Assembly (NCBI GenBank): GCA_964016885.1 | Contig: OZ024742.1 | Span: 279,000,001-279,064,000 of the forward strand | Reading direction: 5' to 3' | DNA from: Eledone cirrhosa | Taxonomy: Eukaryota | DNA: 64,000 nucleotides | Part shown: positions 1-13,899 of the stretch, piece after piece | Layout of the letters: each line of letters starts with the position of its first letter | Numbering within the stretch: position 1 is the first letter of the stretch | Notes under the pieces: generated by a model | Database searches by the model: none | Told to the model about the DNA's origin: nothing | What the model saw: only the letters and a program-made list of their open reading frames with translations | Translations under genes and position numbers: made by a program

Positions 1-394
1 ATATATCCAATAACCGAGGAGCCGGTGTGAAGAACGTCTATACCATCCGGAGATAGATAGATATAGTTCTTTATTTCTGTAGCGTAGTTACATGTTTTAT
101 TGATATTGTTAATTCATTAGTCTTGGAATAGTTGTTTACCTTCTACTCTTTTATGGTGGAAGGCTAAAGAAAAAGTTAATAATTATGAGTTTTGTATGTT
201 GTGAAAAAATTGTATGGGGAGTAATGCTTTTCGTCAGATAAATGGAGCTATCTTATGTTGTTTAGTAGAACAAGAAATAGAAACTTAGTTTAAAAAAATA
301 CAGGGAAAGATGTATAAAATGTGATAGAGGGGAGTAAACAAGGAATGAACGGTCTATGCTAGGTGGATTTATGTATACTATGTTTGTTGGAACA

Positions 395-770
395 ACAATG
401 CAACACCGCAGTGGTAATATACGAAGCTCAGGTTTATCTTTGAATCAACACCAACAAAATCAATCCTGGAAATACGTCAGTATGTCAGAGAGGCAGTTTA
501 AAATCACTTGCTTAATCACGAAACGACGTTCAGATATCCATATAAAATAAACGCCAGATAATTGTTAAATAAAATATGGCAACTAATTGATAAGAACATA
601 GACTTCTTCGTCAAAAGGAATACTTGAAACATGTCGAGCATATACAAATATGTTCAAGGCCGGCAGATTATGCAACGACGAGAAATGGTGGATATTGAAT
701 AATTTCCACAACAGTAATAAACCACTTAACACACTTACAGAGTTCTTCTCGTGATGTTCTTATGTTGCTA
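395..770 (+). pseudogene. Degraded Penelope-like (Neptune-type) GIY-YIG endonuclease fragment
   Basis: Frameshifted peptides QCNTAVVIYEAQV / WKYVSMSERQFK / KIWQLIDKNIDF / RLCNDEKWWILN parallel the GIY-YIG C-terminus seen at 22960-23350 and 32340-32739. Confidence 0.7.
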
Positions 771-1210
771 TGAACCTTTTAAAGAAATGGGCTCCTTAAT
801 ATTGATTTATATCTTTCTTGAACTATTGATTTATTCTAGAGCCCCCTCCATATTTATTAGTTAATTTAGCTTTTCTTTGCATTTTCTTCGATCACTTTGT
901 CTCCCCTAGCCCATCCGGATTATACGCCCTTGATTTTGGGGCTCTTCTCTCTTTCACTATAATCCTGATTTTACCATTCTGAGTCAACATTTTCCGGTTC
1001 ATTTTCATTGGCTTCAGTTGAGCAAGTTGGACGTCAGGGCTATCGAAACGTTCGTACCTGGTACGGCACCATTTTTATAACTGGCCTTAATTATATTCAA
1101 ACTCGCTCTACGGACTTGGGTTGCTACATACTTTGGATATTTTACCTACATATTACCGCACGCTCCACACACACTATCTATCTATATTTCCCCCACCACC
1201 AACAACAACA

Positions 1211-2817
1211 ATGATAACAACAATACCACCAACAACAACAGCAACAGGAACAACTCCACGAACAAGGAAAATATTTATTTTGCTCAAACCGTCCAAAAGA
1301 CGGAACTGTTCACATAACTTGACATTTCCAATGCTAGGGAAATGTTAAGCGATGCAAAACAGTATGTGACATTTGGTGAGAGTGGTGCTTTCAGCATCAC
1401 TTCTCCTCAATAGTTACGCAGAGAAACTGTTCTAAAAACAGTAATTTTTAGGACGGTTTCAAATGTGTCGAAAAAACCAGTTCAGTTATCCCAAAACGAT
1501 ATTGAACTGGTTCTGAAGAATTCCATGAAGGATATTGCCTTCATCCAAAAAGGTAAACTTTTTGGAAGCATTTCGGTGTTGTTGAAAGACCAATTGACAG
1601 CACAAAAATATTCTGTATCGCCGATTGTGTCCCCTCTTTACACCTTTTTCCACACATATATGGGAAAAAGAACTCAAAAAATAAAAATTTTGAACATTGC
1701 ACCAAATGTAAACGTCTGGTGGATTCTAACTGGCTTCATCGATTTCGACGAAGACACCATCAAGTCGGTGGGAAAGTCCTCCAGAGGCACATTCAATGGT
1801 ACAAGCATGGAAGTTCTGGTCCAAATGAGGCCAGAACGTATAGCTAAAATACCCCAACATGTGCTTCTGGATGGAATTTCAGACATAAACATTTCTGTTT
1901 AGGGTAGGCGGCCTTCATGTTACCACTGTTTAAGCAGTGGTCACCTGAAGGCTTACTGTCCTCAGTTAACTAAAAAAAAAAGAGGCACTACTGCCAACAC
2001 CCAAACCAACAACACAACCACCACCACCACAACAACAACAACAACACGCAAACACAACCAAAACAAGAACAACAAACCAACCTGCAAGCACAGTCCCACC
2101 CAACCCAATTCCACCTAAAACCACTGCAAAAACACCCACAAACACAACAGCTCCCCGAAACATACCCCTTCCAAATAACACAGACACCACAACGGACGAG
2201 GCCCCCACATCATCATCAAGTGATGATGAGGGAGAGCCTCTCCGTTCGAAAAGAAAGAAGAAAAGACACCACAAGAACAGAAAAACAGCAAACATCACTA
2301 CAAACATACAACCACCAACACAAACAACACAAACATTACAACCCCCCCCCCATCCCGAAAACAAAACCACGACATCACTCCAAACATAAACACCTACAAC
2401 AAAACGAAAGCTCCCACAAGAACAACAGACAAAAACCACCGCAACACAACAAGAACATTACACATACATAAACAGTAAAAACAAAACTTTAACGGAGGTC
2501 ATCGCCAACGAACCTTCGGTTTTCACCGAAGGGAACATTTTTTCGAACTGTGAAACAAACCTAATTTAAAGATGATTAGGGTCCCTTAGCACACCTATAA
2601 GTCTTTAAAGGAAAACTTTCCTAAGGACGTGGGTAATCCTTGTGTTAAACCCATTAACCGCGTCCTTTTAAAAAGTTTCCCCACCCTCACCCCAGACACC
2701 CCCACCCCACCAGACATCTCCGTCCCCACCCCGCCGGAAACCACCACCCACCCAGACAACTCCTCTAACACCCCCATGGAAACTGTGCGGCCTGATCCCC
2801 GGGAGACGAAGAGGTGA
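1211..2817 (+). pseudogene. LINE ORF1 (gag-like, zinc knuckle), disrupted
   Basis: ORF 1465-1902 reads through a TAG into GRRPSCYHCLSSGHLKAYCPQ (CX2CX4HX4C), then a P/T/K-rich low-complexity tail. Multiple stops and frameshifts; start uncertain. Confidence 0.75.
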
Positions 2818-2854
2818 GTGTTTTCTTCTCCTATTTTAACTTTTCAGAACCAAC

Positions 2855-5800
2855 ATGGCCAATATAAGAGATGGGTGTGTGAATGTACGCGGCCTGGGGA
2901 TGCCCTGGAAACAGGGCAAAGTCTTAAACGACCTAAGGTCGCACAGTATGGATGTAGTAGCCATTTGCGAGTCCAGGATCCACAGCGAGCGACAGCTGGC
3001 CCCATCTTCGATGACTTTGAGATCTACGCATCTCTCTGTCAGCCGAGGGGTGGGGGCGGCTTTGCCGTTTTGCTGCGGAAACACCTGGGCCTCGTAACAC
3101 AGACGGTACATCTGGACCCGGAGGGTCGACTGGTCGTCCTAGTCGTTGACGGTAGTGTAGGTGGAGCCTTCAGGCTGGTGGCCGCATATGCCCCATCCGG
3201 GGCACTGCGGTCAGACCTCTTCAAACATCTAGAGTCTTTTCTGGGAACGTCCCGCTCCTTGCTTTTAGTGGGGGACTGGAATGGATTCCTAGATGCACGT
3301 TGGGACTATGTGGGAGAATGTCCCGATAAAGGGAGTGTAACATCCTCAAACAGTTAATCGGCCCGATTTGATCTGGCCGATAGATATCGACTAGATTTTC
3401 CGACTGTGCCACTGTGGACGTGGACTAATCACAGCGGAAAATCTAGATCGTACCTAGATAGGGTTCTAGTAAGAAATAAGGATAGGGACATGTTAAGCTA
3501 TCCACAAATGTTCATGGTTGCCTATTCAGATAAAAAACTAGTGACCTGCATGGTTAACCTTGATAGAACCCATAGACAAGGACTCGGCTCCTGGAACCTG
3601 AACTTGTCGTTACCGACATGTAAAGCCTACAGTAGACGGATTAGCACTTTAGTTAAACAGCACTTGATAGGGGCCATTGTCAACAAAAGATGGTGGTACT
3701 CTCTCAAGAGGGCAGTTAGATTAGACTCGTTAGTTTTTAGTAAAGAATTAGCGTTAGATAGAAATAGAACCGAGAAAGAACTGGTAGATAAAGTAGAAGA
3801 GGCAATTAGAAGTGGCAACGTAGCCAGCGTGCTAGCAACGAGAACGGCCTTGGACCAGTTCTTCAACGCAAAGCATGAGGGCTGCGTTGTCAGAAGCAAA
3901 ATACGTGCTCTGGGAAACGAGGGAGCCAAAGCTGTTATCTGGGCCCGGGTGACGGAGGCAAAAAGTGGCAACAAGTCCATGATTCGGTCTTTGAAGGACC
4001 AAATGGACGCGTGATACGTGAGCCGAAGCAGATATGTGCGGCCATTCAACGGCACATTGCTCAGCTGTTCGGGCAGGGCGGCGCGCCGGGAGGGGCTATG
4101 GATTTCGATCCATACCTCGACGGCCTACCGCGACTCTCGGACAGTGAGGCAAAGTTCTGCGAAAAGCCTATTTCAGCCGCTGAGATAGGGGACGCGTTGA
4201 GCCAATGCGGCAAATGCAAATCTCCAGGTCTCGACGGTCTACCCTACGAATTTTACGTAGCAATGCCGGACTTTTTCTCCGGTCTCTTGGAAGCGGTCTA
4301 CTGCAACTGGCAACAGAACGGGAGAATTCCCAGTTCTGTGACCGGGGGCGTAGTCACACCAGTCAGGAAGAACGAGAATAAGGGGGATGACATAGGCAAC
4401 TTCCGGCCCATAACTCTGCTAAACACAGAGTTACAGTTTTGGGCCAAGGTGTTGGCAAAGAGGCTGGCGCTTGTCGTCGGGAACCTTGTGGGAGAAGCGC
4501 AGACATGCGCAATCCCGACCAGGTCCATACACGACAACCTCAACCTCATGCGATACATCATAGAGAGGGTAGGTGTAAACCCGGCTTCGGTGTGGCCCTG
4601 ATCCACTTGGATCAGTCTAAGGCTTTCGATAGGGTTGACCATTGTTACCTGGATGCGGTGCTCGAGGAGGCAGGCTTCGGACCCGTGTTCAGGGGCTGGA
4701 TTGGTGCAATGCATAACAGCATCATCTGCTCAAGGGTTAAGGTGGACGGCTACCTCTCGGAGCCGTTCCATATCACGCGATCCAATCGACAGGGATGCTC
4801 TCTCTCCTCCCTTCTGTACGTATTGACTCTCGAGCCACTACTGCGGAAGTTTGAGCTATTGCAGGACAACCCTCTTGAACCGGGACTGCGGAAAGCGGCG
4901 TCGGACTACGCCGACGACGTAACAGTAATGGTGTCGAGCGCCTCGAAAATCAAGAAAGTCGGCACCTTACTGAAGGAATACGAAAGGTTCACAGGAGCGA
5001 AGCTGAACCGGGACAAGTCCATCGGTTTGCAACTCGGATCATGGAGAGGCAGACCGATGCCTTCCGATGGCGTCGTCGGACGGTGGACGGAAGGACCAGT
5101 AAAGCTGCTCGGGCTCTGGTTTGGTCCGGACCTCCAGGTGGAGAAGAACTGGAACGAGGTTTCTGCACTCACTCAGAAGTGGGCCGAGTGCAAACTATGC
5201 TTGAAAGGTCGAGCGGAGCTGGCGAACGCCTTTATAGCGTCTGCCATCTACTACCGTTTGACCGTCGTGCCTTGTCCAGCCAAAACGCTTGCCAAAGTGG
5301 AGCGCGCCCTCTTCCAATTCCCTAGGAAGAGGCGGGCTCCTATGGTGAGAAGATCCATCTGCTGCCAACGCCTTTCCAACGGAGGGCCGGGGTTGCCGTG
5401 GCTGACGATGCGCAAACATGCGCTCAGGCTTCGGCATCTCTACGTATTCCTCACCGGACAACCGGTGTGGGCCCCGCTTCGTCTCGCTGACCGAGCTGCA
5501 GTCCTGGGTCAAGCAAAGACCGATGGAAATGGACGAATGGCACATCGAATGTGCTAGGCGCTCACAGCCCTCTGGCAGGCGGATCCGGCGATCAGTAGAG
5601 ACTCCACTTCGTCATTCTATAGAGGGTTGATCCGCAGCAAGTGCGACAACGTGCTGGGTGAAACTCTGGGCGTAGAGAAAGACGAACTGGCCAGTCTTTT
5701 CGGTAGGACCCTCCGCCCGGGACCGATGGAAAACTCCCAAAAGTCCCTGGCCTGGCAGTGCTACCGAGGAGCTCTACCAGTTCGAGACAAGCTCTACAGA

Positions 5801-6253
5801 CATGGGCGCCCGGGCAGGGACCCTGCAAAAAAGATCTGTCCGAGGTGCGTGCGAGACGAAGAAACCGTCGCGCACGCATTCATACACTGCCCGGGCGTCA
5901 CCGACCTGTGGGGCTATGTAGAACGACTATTGTCGCGGCTGGGACCAATCCGGTTGACCACCGAGTACATTGTCATGATCAAACCGCCACCCCCCTTCAA
6001 AAACGAAGGAGAGGCGCTTTTCCTTTGTGTGATAGCTATGGCGAAAGAGGCTGTATGGTGGACAAGGTTGAAAGGGCTAAGGTCAGACAACTTTCTCTCC
6101 GCCCAACAACTGATTCTTTTTTTCAAATACCACTTTGGAAGAAGAATCAGGATGGAGAGAGGGGTGCTGTACCCCAGCATGTTTTATGAAAGGTGGGTGA
6201 AAGTGGCGAGAATGGCCAGAGTGAATTGGCCTTCTCTCTATATCAGCCTGTAA
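2855..6253 (+). pseudogene. LINE ORF2 (APE endonuclease, reverse transcriptase, CCHC finger), frameshifted
   Basis: Endonuclease motifs CVNVRG, AYAPS, VGDWN, SYLDRV. RT motifs KSPGLDG, FRPITLLN, LDQSKAFDRV, RQGCSLS, YADD. Finger CPRC...ETVAHAFIHC. Split over about 6 ORFs. Confidence 0.93.
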
Positions 6254-6488
6254 GTTGAGGAAAAAGAGGAAGAGAGGAAAGGGGTACAAACTCTTCGTAC
6301 TCCTGGAGATGTGGTTGCACATTTTTTCGGGGGTATGTGTTACTCATATGAATTGTCTCCCCCTATTAGGGAAAACGACTAATTTTTAAATTGCATTTGT
6401 GATAATATTTTACACGTTTTTATTGTATGTAAACTTCCCCTTTGTATTTTTCCCCTTCTTTTGTGCCCCTGTGGCTAATAAAGAAACA

Positions 6489-6520
<32 letters not shown>

Positions 6521-6521
6521 C

Positions 6522-6578
<57 letters not shown>

Positions 6579-6650
6579 TAGATATATATGCGTGTGTGTG
6601 TGTATGTGTGTGTGTGTACGTGTGTGTATGTATGTGTATGCGTGTGTGTT
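6489..6650. repeat. Compound microsatellite (TATC)n(TC)n(TG)n
   Basis: Directly visible. Confidence 0.95.
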
Positions 6651-7088
6651 TCTGAGTCTATGCATATATGTACAACACACTACGATAACTATCCATGGTT
6701 CGAACTAATACTAACAGCATAACTTACTCTACGTTCATACACTTTTCTTTCATCACTTCTCACTCTTTCATCTCTCGCTCCATCTTGCTGTCTCTCCATT
6801 CAGACGTCTTTCCTTAAGAAAGTTCCCCCTCCTTCCCAATTTGTTTCTCTATAGTATCCACAAGTTCTATTTCAATCTCTTTCAAGTCTTCTCAGATCTC
6901 CTTACAAAGTCTCTGACTGTTGTTCTCTTACTATTTCCCACCACACATTTCATTCTCTTTCTCTTTGTTTCCCATTTAAACGTTTCCTTTTTCTGTGTCT
7001 GTCCCCGAAGCCTGCCCGCCCCACTTTCTCTCTCTCTGCTTCGTTCACAGAAACTCCCTCTTTCTCTGTTTTTTCCGTTGTCTCTCTT

Positions 7089-7149
<61 letters not shown>

Positions 7150-7726
7150 ATATATGTATATGTATATATCCAATTGAGCTCTTATACACGTGGTTAATAC
7201 CTAACAGGTTTAAATGACCAGCGTGTATATTGTTTTATGTTTTAAGATGACCTCCCCTTACACTCTTGAGGACAGCGTGTATTTTATCTTTGGGAGGAGT
7301 GCTGGATTTTCGAATCTACCTGTCTCTTTAGCGCTGAGGGAGACCATCATTAATCTATTAATATCGATACAATTCTTATATCGATATTATTTGGGCATCC
7401 ACTGATGAGTTTATAAGAGCCCGCTTGTATATAAACTATGGTTTATATACAAGTTTCTACATAACCTGGAAATTATTTATCCCAAATTGTAGAAATCTTA
7501 TAACGAAACGGCCGTCTGGAAGGAAAGATATATTTATTTAATTATGTCTCATATAAAATAATACAACCAGCTATCCACGCAATACTGATTAGTTAACACC
7601 CCAAACACTAAATTGGGAAAATACTTCGGTATAGCCTAATGTTTGTTGAGTGAGATGGTGTTGGTCAGAGTATCGCTTAAGGCTTTCTCTGTTTAATGTA
7701 TTGTATATATATATATATATATATAT

Positions 7727-7920
7727 TAGAAAGAGAGGTTTTTTTACAAAATGAAAAAAAAACATGGTGTTCTATACGAGTGAAAGTATAAGAAAAAAGT
7801 TGAAATCGAAAATGCAATTGGAGTCTTTTTTTTTTCCATATATTTATTTCGTTCCTTTACCCGTTTCGCAGTTCTTGTGCTTTTCTAAAGTAGAATTGAG
7901 ATGGAGGGTTTGTGGCTTTT
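7727..7920 (-). mobile_element. Short TA-flanked repeat with a variant HHR motif; a second copy lies at 30340-30545 (+)
   Basis: The reverse complement aligns with 30340-30545. Motif ctt-TAGAAAA-gcac/ctgc-GAAACGGGTA-aag at 7855-7890. Confidence 0.65.
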
Positions 7921-7938
7921 AAATATATATATATATTT

Positions 7939-7994
<56 letters not shown>

Positions 7995-8265
7995 TACCTA
8001 CATATGTAGAGAGAGAGATTTTAGATATACATTTACTTTGGCTAAGGGATGAGACTTGTTGATCTAGAGTTTCACCTGCGTACGTGCCAGAGAGAGTCTT
8101 GGGTGATGATCTTGTATTTGTACAGGTAAAACTCCACTTTAACAAGTCTCACCACATACCCATCGTAAATGTATGTATATATATATATATATATTTGATA
8201 TATATATAATATATATATATATACACTTATACTCACCTATATATGGAGACGCACACACACATAAG

Positions 8266-8352
<87 letters not shown>

Positions 8353-8736
8353 GCACTGTCACGTGATACTACTCATGATAGTATTGATAATCGTTGTCAA
8401 CATCAATCAACATTGCGTGTGAACCCTCATATTAGACTAGAAAAAAACAAAAACGAAAGGATGGGATTTGTAAGGATTTCCAATATCTTCTTCTTCTTCT
8501 TCTTCTTCTTCTTCTTCTTCTTCTTTCGTTTGAAGTTTTCCTTTTTCTTTTCCTTTTTATTTCGTTTTTATTTCAAATAAAGAAAAAAAATTATTTAAAC
8601 GAAAAAATATCGAAATAAAAATAAAAACTTAGCGAGCGAAAATAAATAAATAAATACATAAATAAACAAACAATTGTTATCTCACAATATCAGAAATATA
8701 CAAAAACAAAATATATGTATCGTATTTAACAACAAT

Positions 8737-8753
8737 ATGTAGTAGCAGCAGCG

Positions 8754-8814
<61 letters not shown>

Positions 8815-8986
8815 TAGTAGTAGTAGTAGTAGTAGTAGTTGTAGCAGCAGCAGCAGCAGCGGCAGCAGCAAGAGCAGCAGTAGTAGTAGTAGTAGCAACA
8901 GCAGCAGCAGTAGTAATAGTAGTAATAGTTGCAGTAACAGCAGCAGCAGCAGCTGTACTAGTAGTACTAGTGGTAGGAGTAGTAGC

Positions 8987-9033
<47 letters not shown>

Positions 9034-9160
9034 CAGCAGCAAAAGTAGTAGTAGTAGAAGTAGTACTAGTGGTGGTAGTAGTAGCAATAGTAGTAACAGA
9101 GCAGCAGCTATACTAGTAGTAGTTGTTGTAGTAGTAAAGTAGCAGCAGCAGCAGCAGCAA

Positions 9161-9216
<56 letters not shown>

Positions 9217-9284
9217 ACAGCAGCAGTAGCTATACAAGTAGTAGTTGTTGTAGTTGTAGAAGTAGCAGCAGCAGCAGTAGCAGC

Positions 9285-9320
<36 letters not shown>
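8737..9320. repeat. Long compound (TAG)n/(CAG)n microsatellite
   Basis: Directly visible; accounts for the poly-Y/L/V/T ORFs. Confidence 0.95.
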
Positions 9321-9321
<1 letters not shown>

Positions 9322-9729
9322 ACTGTTGGGACTGGCTGATGAGAGACTTGAAGCTTTTGCATCTCCCACCCAATCCCAGCATGCATCTAAGGCATCGTTG
9401 CAGTCGCACGCTAACAGTGAAGAGCGTGATGTTCTAAAACGTTTTCCAGTTACCTAAAGAAATATGGCGTCCGAAACTAGTCGGGGAGTAGACAACCACC
9501 CGGCTAAAGACACCCCTTTAAGACCAAAATCTTCCCTTCATGGGTCAAGGGAGATCTTCCTTCTCGTACTTCTTTCGAGATACAAGCCTTTCCAAAATCG
9601 CACAACCACCCCAGTTTCTGTGTCAGATGCAGATGTTTTAGTGCTTGCCTAGATGATTGTGTGCATCTGTTTGGGGAAGAGGATGGAGAGTAGGAGAGTG
9701 GGAAAGTGGGAGAGCTTTCCACGTCTTAC

Positions 9730-9904
9730 ACTTGGGTGGAATCTGTTGTTGGTGGTGGTTTAACTGCTGCTGCAGCTGCAGTGCTGTTTCGTCTAATATT
9801 GTTGCCTCCGATGCTGACGCTGTTGGTTTTGCGTTAGTTGGTCCTGACACCGGAGTTGGCATCAGTGGAGGTTTGTTGATTGTAAAATGAGGGTTTGCTA
9901 ACAT
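9730..9904 (-). CDS. Candidate first coding exon of an unidentified host gene (exon starts at 9968; MLANPHFTINKPPLMPTP...QQQIPPK)
   Basis: Acceptor tttcag| at 9969, start context caaaATG at 9904, 58 codons of P/Q/T-rich non-repeat peptide, then a phase-1 donor T|gtaaga at 9729. An alternative phase-1 GC donor AG|gcaagc lies at 9648. Confidence 0.5.
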
Positions 9905-10002
9905 TTTGCCTCAGGCGTCAGGTTGACACTCTGCGTGGTTTGGGAATGATGCAGAATTCAAAGGAAGTCTGAAATAATAATAATTATTATTATTATCATT
10001 AT

Positions 10003-10588
10003 TAAGGCAAAGTTAACCTCGGCGGGATTTGAACTCGGATCGTAAAGGGCAGTAACGCCAAGCTTTGCAGCATAGAGTTGCGGCCCTTTACGATCTGAAT
10101 TCATATCCCGCTGAGGTTAACTTTGCCTTTCATCCTTATGGGTCGATAAAATAAAGTACAAGTCACACATTGGGGTCGATTTAATCGACTTTCCTCTCCC
10201 CCGAAATTGTTGACCTTCTGCCTTTATAAGAAACCATTATTAAGGCGGATAAATCCCGCCGAGGTTGACTTTGCCTTTCATCCTTACGGGGTCGATAAAA
10301 TAAAATACCCGTAATGCACTGGTGAATTGCTGGCCTTGTGCCTAAAGTAGAAACAATTATTAAGGCGGTGAATTAGTAGTGTCGATAGAGCGTCGGAAAA
10401 CATGCTTCGCAGCATAGAGTTGCAGCCTTTTACATTCTGAGTTTAAATCCCGCCGAGATTAACTTTGCATTTCATCGTTAAGGGGTCGATAAAATAAAGT
10501 ACCAGTAATGAACCGGGCTCGATTTAATCGACTTTCCCTCTCCCCTTTAAATTGCTGGCCTTGTGCCTAAAGTAGAAACAATAATTAT
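10003..10588. mobile_element. Cluster of tRNA-derived SINE copies (one inverted fragment plus three tandem + strand copies)
   Basis: Shared core GTTCAAATCCCGCCGAGGTTAACTTTGCCTTTCATCCTTACGGGGTCGATAAAATAAAGTACCAGT (B-box at its start) with ATTATT tails. Confidence 0.9.
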
Positions 10589-10887
10589 TAGAAATTGTCA
10601 ATATCATCATCTTCATTATCACCGTCATCATCACCACCACCACCGTTCAACATCTGGAAGATTATAGTGGTAATCTTTTTCATTCTCATGTATTTCCTTC
10701 TCATCCCATTGTAAATAAATTTATAAACAAATTAATAAATATATATATATCTATAAACAAACAAGATAGCGCAATTTTTCCTGATATTTTTGTTTATTTA
10801 CTTCGATGTATATCTTTACATGAATCAGAATCTAGTTGCTGTTTTAATTCACCTGATATTCTGATATTATCCTGGAATGCCAAGGAC

Positions 10888-10950
<63 letters not shown>

Positions 10951-11002
10951 CATATATATATATACATATATTTATATATACATATATGTATATATATATA
11001 TA

Positions 11003-11068
<66 letters not shown>

Positions 11069-11110
11069 TACATCATACATATATATACACACATATATAT
11101 ACACACACAC

Positions 11111-11141
<31 letters not shown>

Positions 11142-11702
11142 TATATATATTTAATGAAAGATAAAACAAAACATAGAAAGTCTTTATGGTAAAAAAAACC
11201 CAGTAATTCTCGCATTTTTCAAATCATTCTGGTGTCCTTTTAGGCTGGGCTGAGAAAAACCTGCAGTAATGTAATTTTTATTTCATACTAATATGATTAT
11301 ATCATATGATAACTAAAAAGAAAAATAGGTAGGGTCATGAAAAAATATGGCAGATTACCATGCCTTAATTTTTTTATCTTCTAATGCTTTTATACAAGGA
11401 CTTATTTTAACCAATGAGAAGATTTAAAATTAACAGTAAATAAATATAATAATAATAATAATAATATTCAGCACGTAAAAAACGAGGTGTTATCATTCTG
11501 TTAAAGACTCAATATATTTACGACTTCATTTTTTTCCCGTATCCTTTTCTAAACGGTTAATCCGTTTGAGGTATAGTTTGCTGCTATTTCTTTCAGAGGA
11601 AATTATCATGTAAAGAGAGAACATGATACATTTCTTGTTAATATTAATGTTAAAATTTAAAATAATAGCAGATGTCCTTGGTCCTAAGATCTCCCTACTT
11701 AC

Positions 11703-11930
11703 TACCATCGGCACGGCGTTGGCTACCCGAGGGTGTGAGCGACACGAGACGGAATGGCTCTTCCAACGCCTCTCCCTCACCATCATCTGGGTAAATGTCT
11801 TCTCTTTTCTATCCGCCGAAACTACGGTGCGGCCAACACGTATGCTCCCATTTTCATATAATATTGAGAGATGAGGAGAGCGAGAGAGACAAAAGCGAGA
11901 GAGACAGAAGCGAGAGAACATCAATGCACA
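11703..11930 (-). other. Candidate 5' UTR exon of the same gene
   Basis: A GC/CpG-richer unique island with a CT-rich leader ends in a strong donor GTA|gtaagt (intron from 11702). The 5' end is approximate. Confidence 0.4.
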
Positions 11931-13899
11931 CACGCACTTGATAAGACAAGGATAGATGTTATTTTGAAGTGGAGATTATATTATTAAGTCAGGTGATAAA
12001 AAATAAAATATATTAAGCTATGAATAAAATATGATGGATCGCCATGTTTTAAAATTTACCAGTGTTTTTATATAAGGTTTTATAACGACTGAGAGGATTT
12101 AATATTTGTAATAATTAAAAGAAATATATACAAGTTGTGTTGTCAAACTCACAGTTAGCAAAAAAGGCCTATGATGAAAGGCATTTCTGCCTTGAGACAG
12201 CGAGTGTAATACTAAATTATCTTACATGTACTTCTTAAAATTCATTTGAGTGATTTAGCTGCGTGTATGAAGTGATTTATATTTATTTCATATTCTTGTT
12301 CATATAATTAATATGAACTAATCATGTGATAAAATAGATATTCTCTGCACAACGAATAAAATGTAGAATACCATGTACCAATCTTCCTTTTTCACCATCC
12401 ATCTCCTTTTTGTGACAGAAAAAATGCAATTGTACAGATACTTTTTATAACGTTAAATTGTTTTTAACTTCTTTCGCATAGAAAGGCATATAACAAAAAG
12501 CACTTCCACTTAGAATATCACATTTTTGTTATTCAAAAATAATGAATGCAATAAATTATCTTCAGTGTCCTTCATTTGTAAGGCGGCCAAGCATTTTGAT
12601 GGAAATTCGACTGCTATTTCTAACAGAAATGTCGATCCCATTATTCATATTAATTTCAGCTGAGAGGATTTAAAAGGTTAAATATTGAAAAACAAAATAA
12701 ATAAATAAATAAATAAATAAACATTCAAGGTGTGTTGTCAAGCTCACTGTTCTGTAAGAATGCCTATGGTGGAAACCACTTTCCGCCTTGAACATTTCAT
12801 TATATTTTCAGACATAGTGAGTGTATCAAAAAACTACACTTTCTTATATGTTCTTTTTTGAAGCGGTTAAGCGGGTTGATAGATATTTGGCTGTTTTTTT
12901 TTTTGTTTTTTTATTTTTTAAGCAAAAGGAAGGTCGTGTAAGACGTTAAGAAATTATGGTGGAACGCCACACTTTTATTACATATATATTTTTCCAATGC
13001 CTTTCTAGAAAATCGTATTTTAAAATGCATAATTAGTTTGTTTTTGAATGAAATATTATTTGCTATTAACTCCACCAATTCCTCCACGTTCTGTAAGCAG
13101 ATCTATAATGAAAAGCTTTCCAACATTTAACATGATAGAAGACAGGGTGAATGCGAGAAATATTGATTGTTTTTATTCTTAATGGAGACAAAAATGACTT
13201 GTAAAAAAAACCCAAAAACAATGTAACGTTGGCGAAGACTGAGTCTTCGATTGTGATCACGTTACATTCTACAATATGTGAAAAAAAAACAATGTAAGAG
13301 GTGTAGAGATAAAAGTATGATGAACATAAACTGATTTTGTGTTTCCGTCTATACAATCTCATCTACGAGGCATATAAGCTGTAGATCATTGTGATTGATC
13401 CCGAAGCCCAGTGATTGGGAAGTTATCTTCTATAATTTATATATAAATGATATCATAGAGACGCATAAATTATACAATGTGTATGTAGGCATAACACACA
13501 TACACAAATACACTGACATATATGTCTATTATACTATTCGACCAATATAGATGACAGTTGAGGAAATCGAGTAAAGTAGGTCATCAACCGTAAAAACATC
13601 GATAGAGTGAAAATTTATCCGTCTGCAGGGGCATTTTGCCCGATTAACTTAACTTCATAGCGAACGACTAGAATTATAGTCATTTGCACTTGGACAGCTA
13701 CATTTCAAATACATACATATATATTGATTGTTGGATATAAACAAAAATAAAGACCTCTTTCAATCAATGGATTTTGAACCTAGAATGTTGCCATACGTGG
13801 CTCAAACCCGGGCAAGATGTTTTGTGAAAACCCACCGTCGCCCAAGCACACCTGTTTCTCCTCTCCCTCCCCGCCACCAATGTTGTCCAATGGAAAGGC

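Larger units (their letters stand above)
1000..6488 (+). mobile_element. Near full-length L1/Tx1-clade non-LTR retrotransposon, inactivated
   Basis: ORF1 with a CCHC knuckle is followed by ORF2 with APE endonuclease, RT and a C-terminal CCHC finger. The T-rich 3' UTR ends in AATAAA (~6477) and a (TATC)n tail. The 5' boundary is approximate. Confidence 0.9.

Noticed and set aside
8677-9386. Long ORFs of poly-Y/L/V/T
   Set aside because: They are translations of the (TAG)n/(CAG)n microsatellite.
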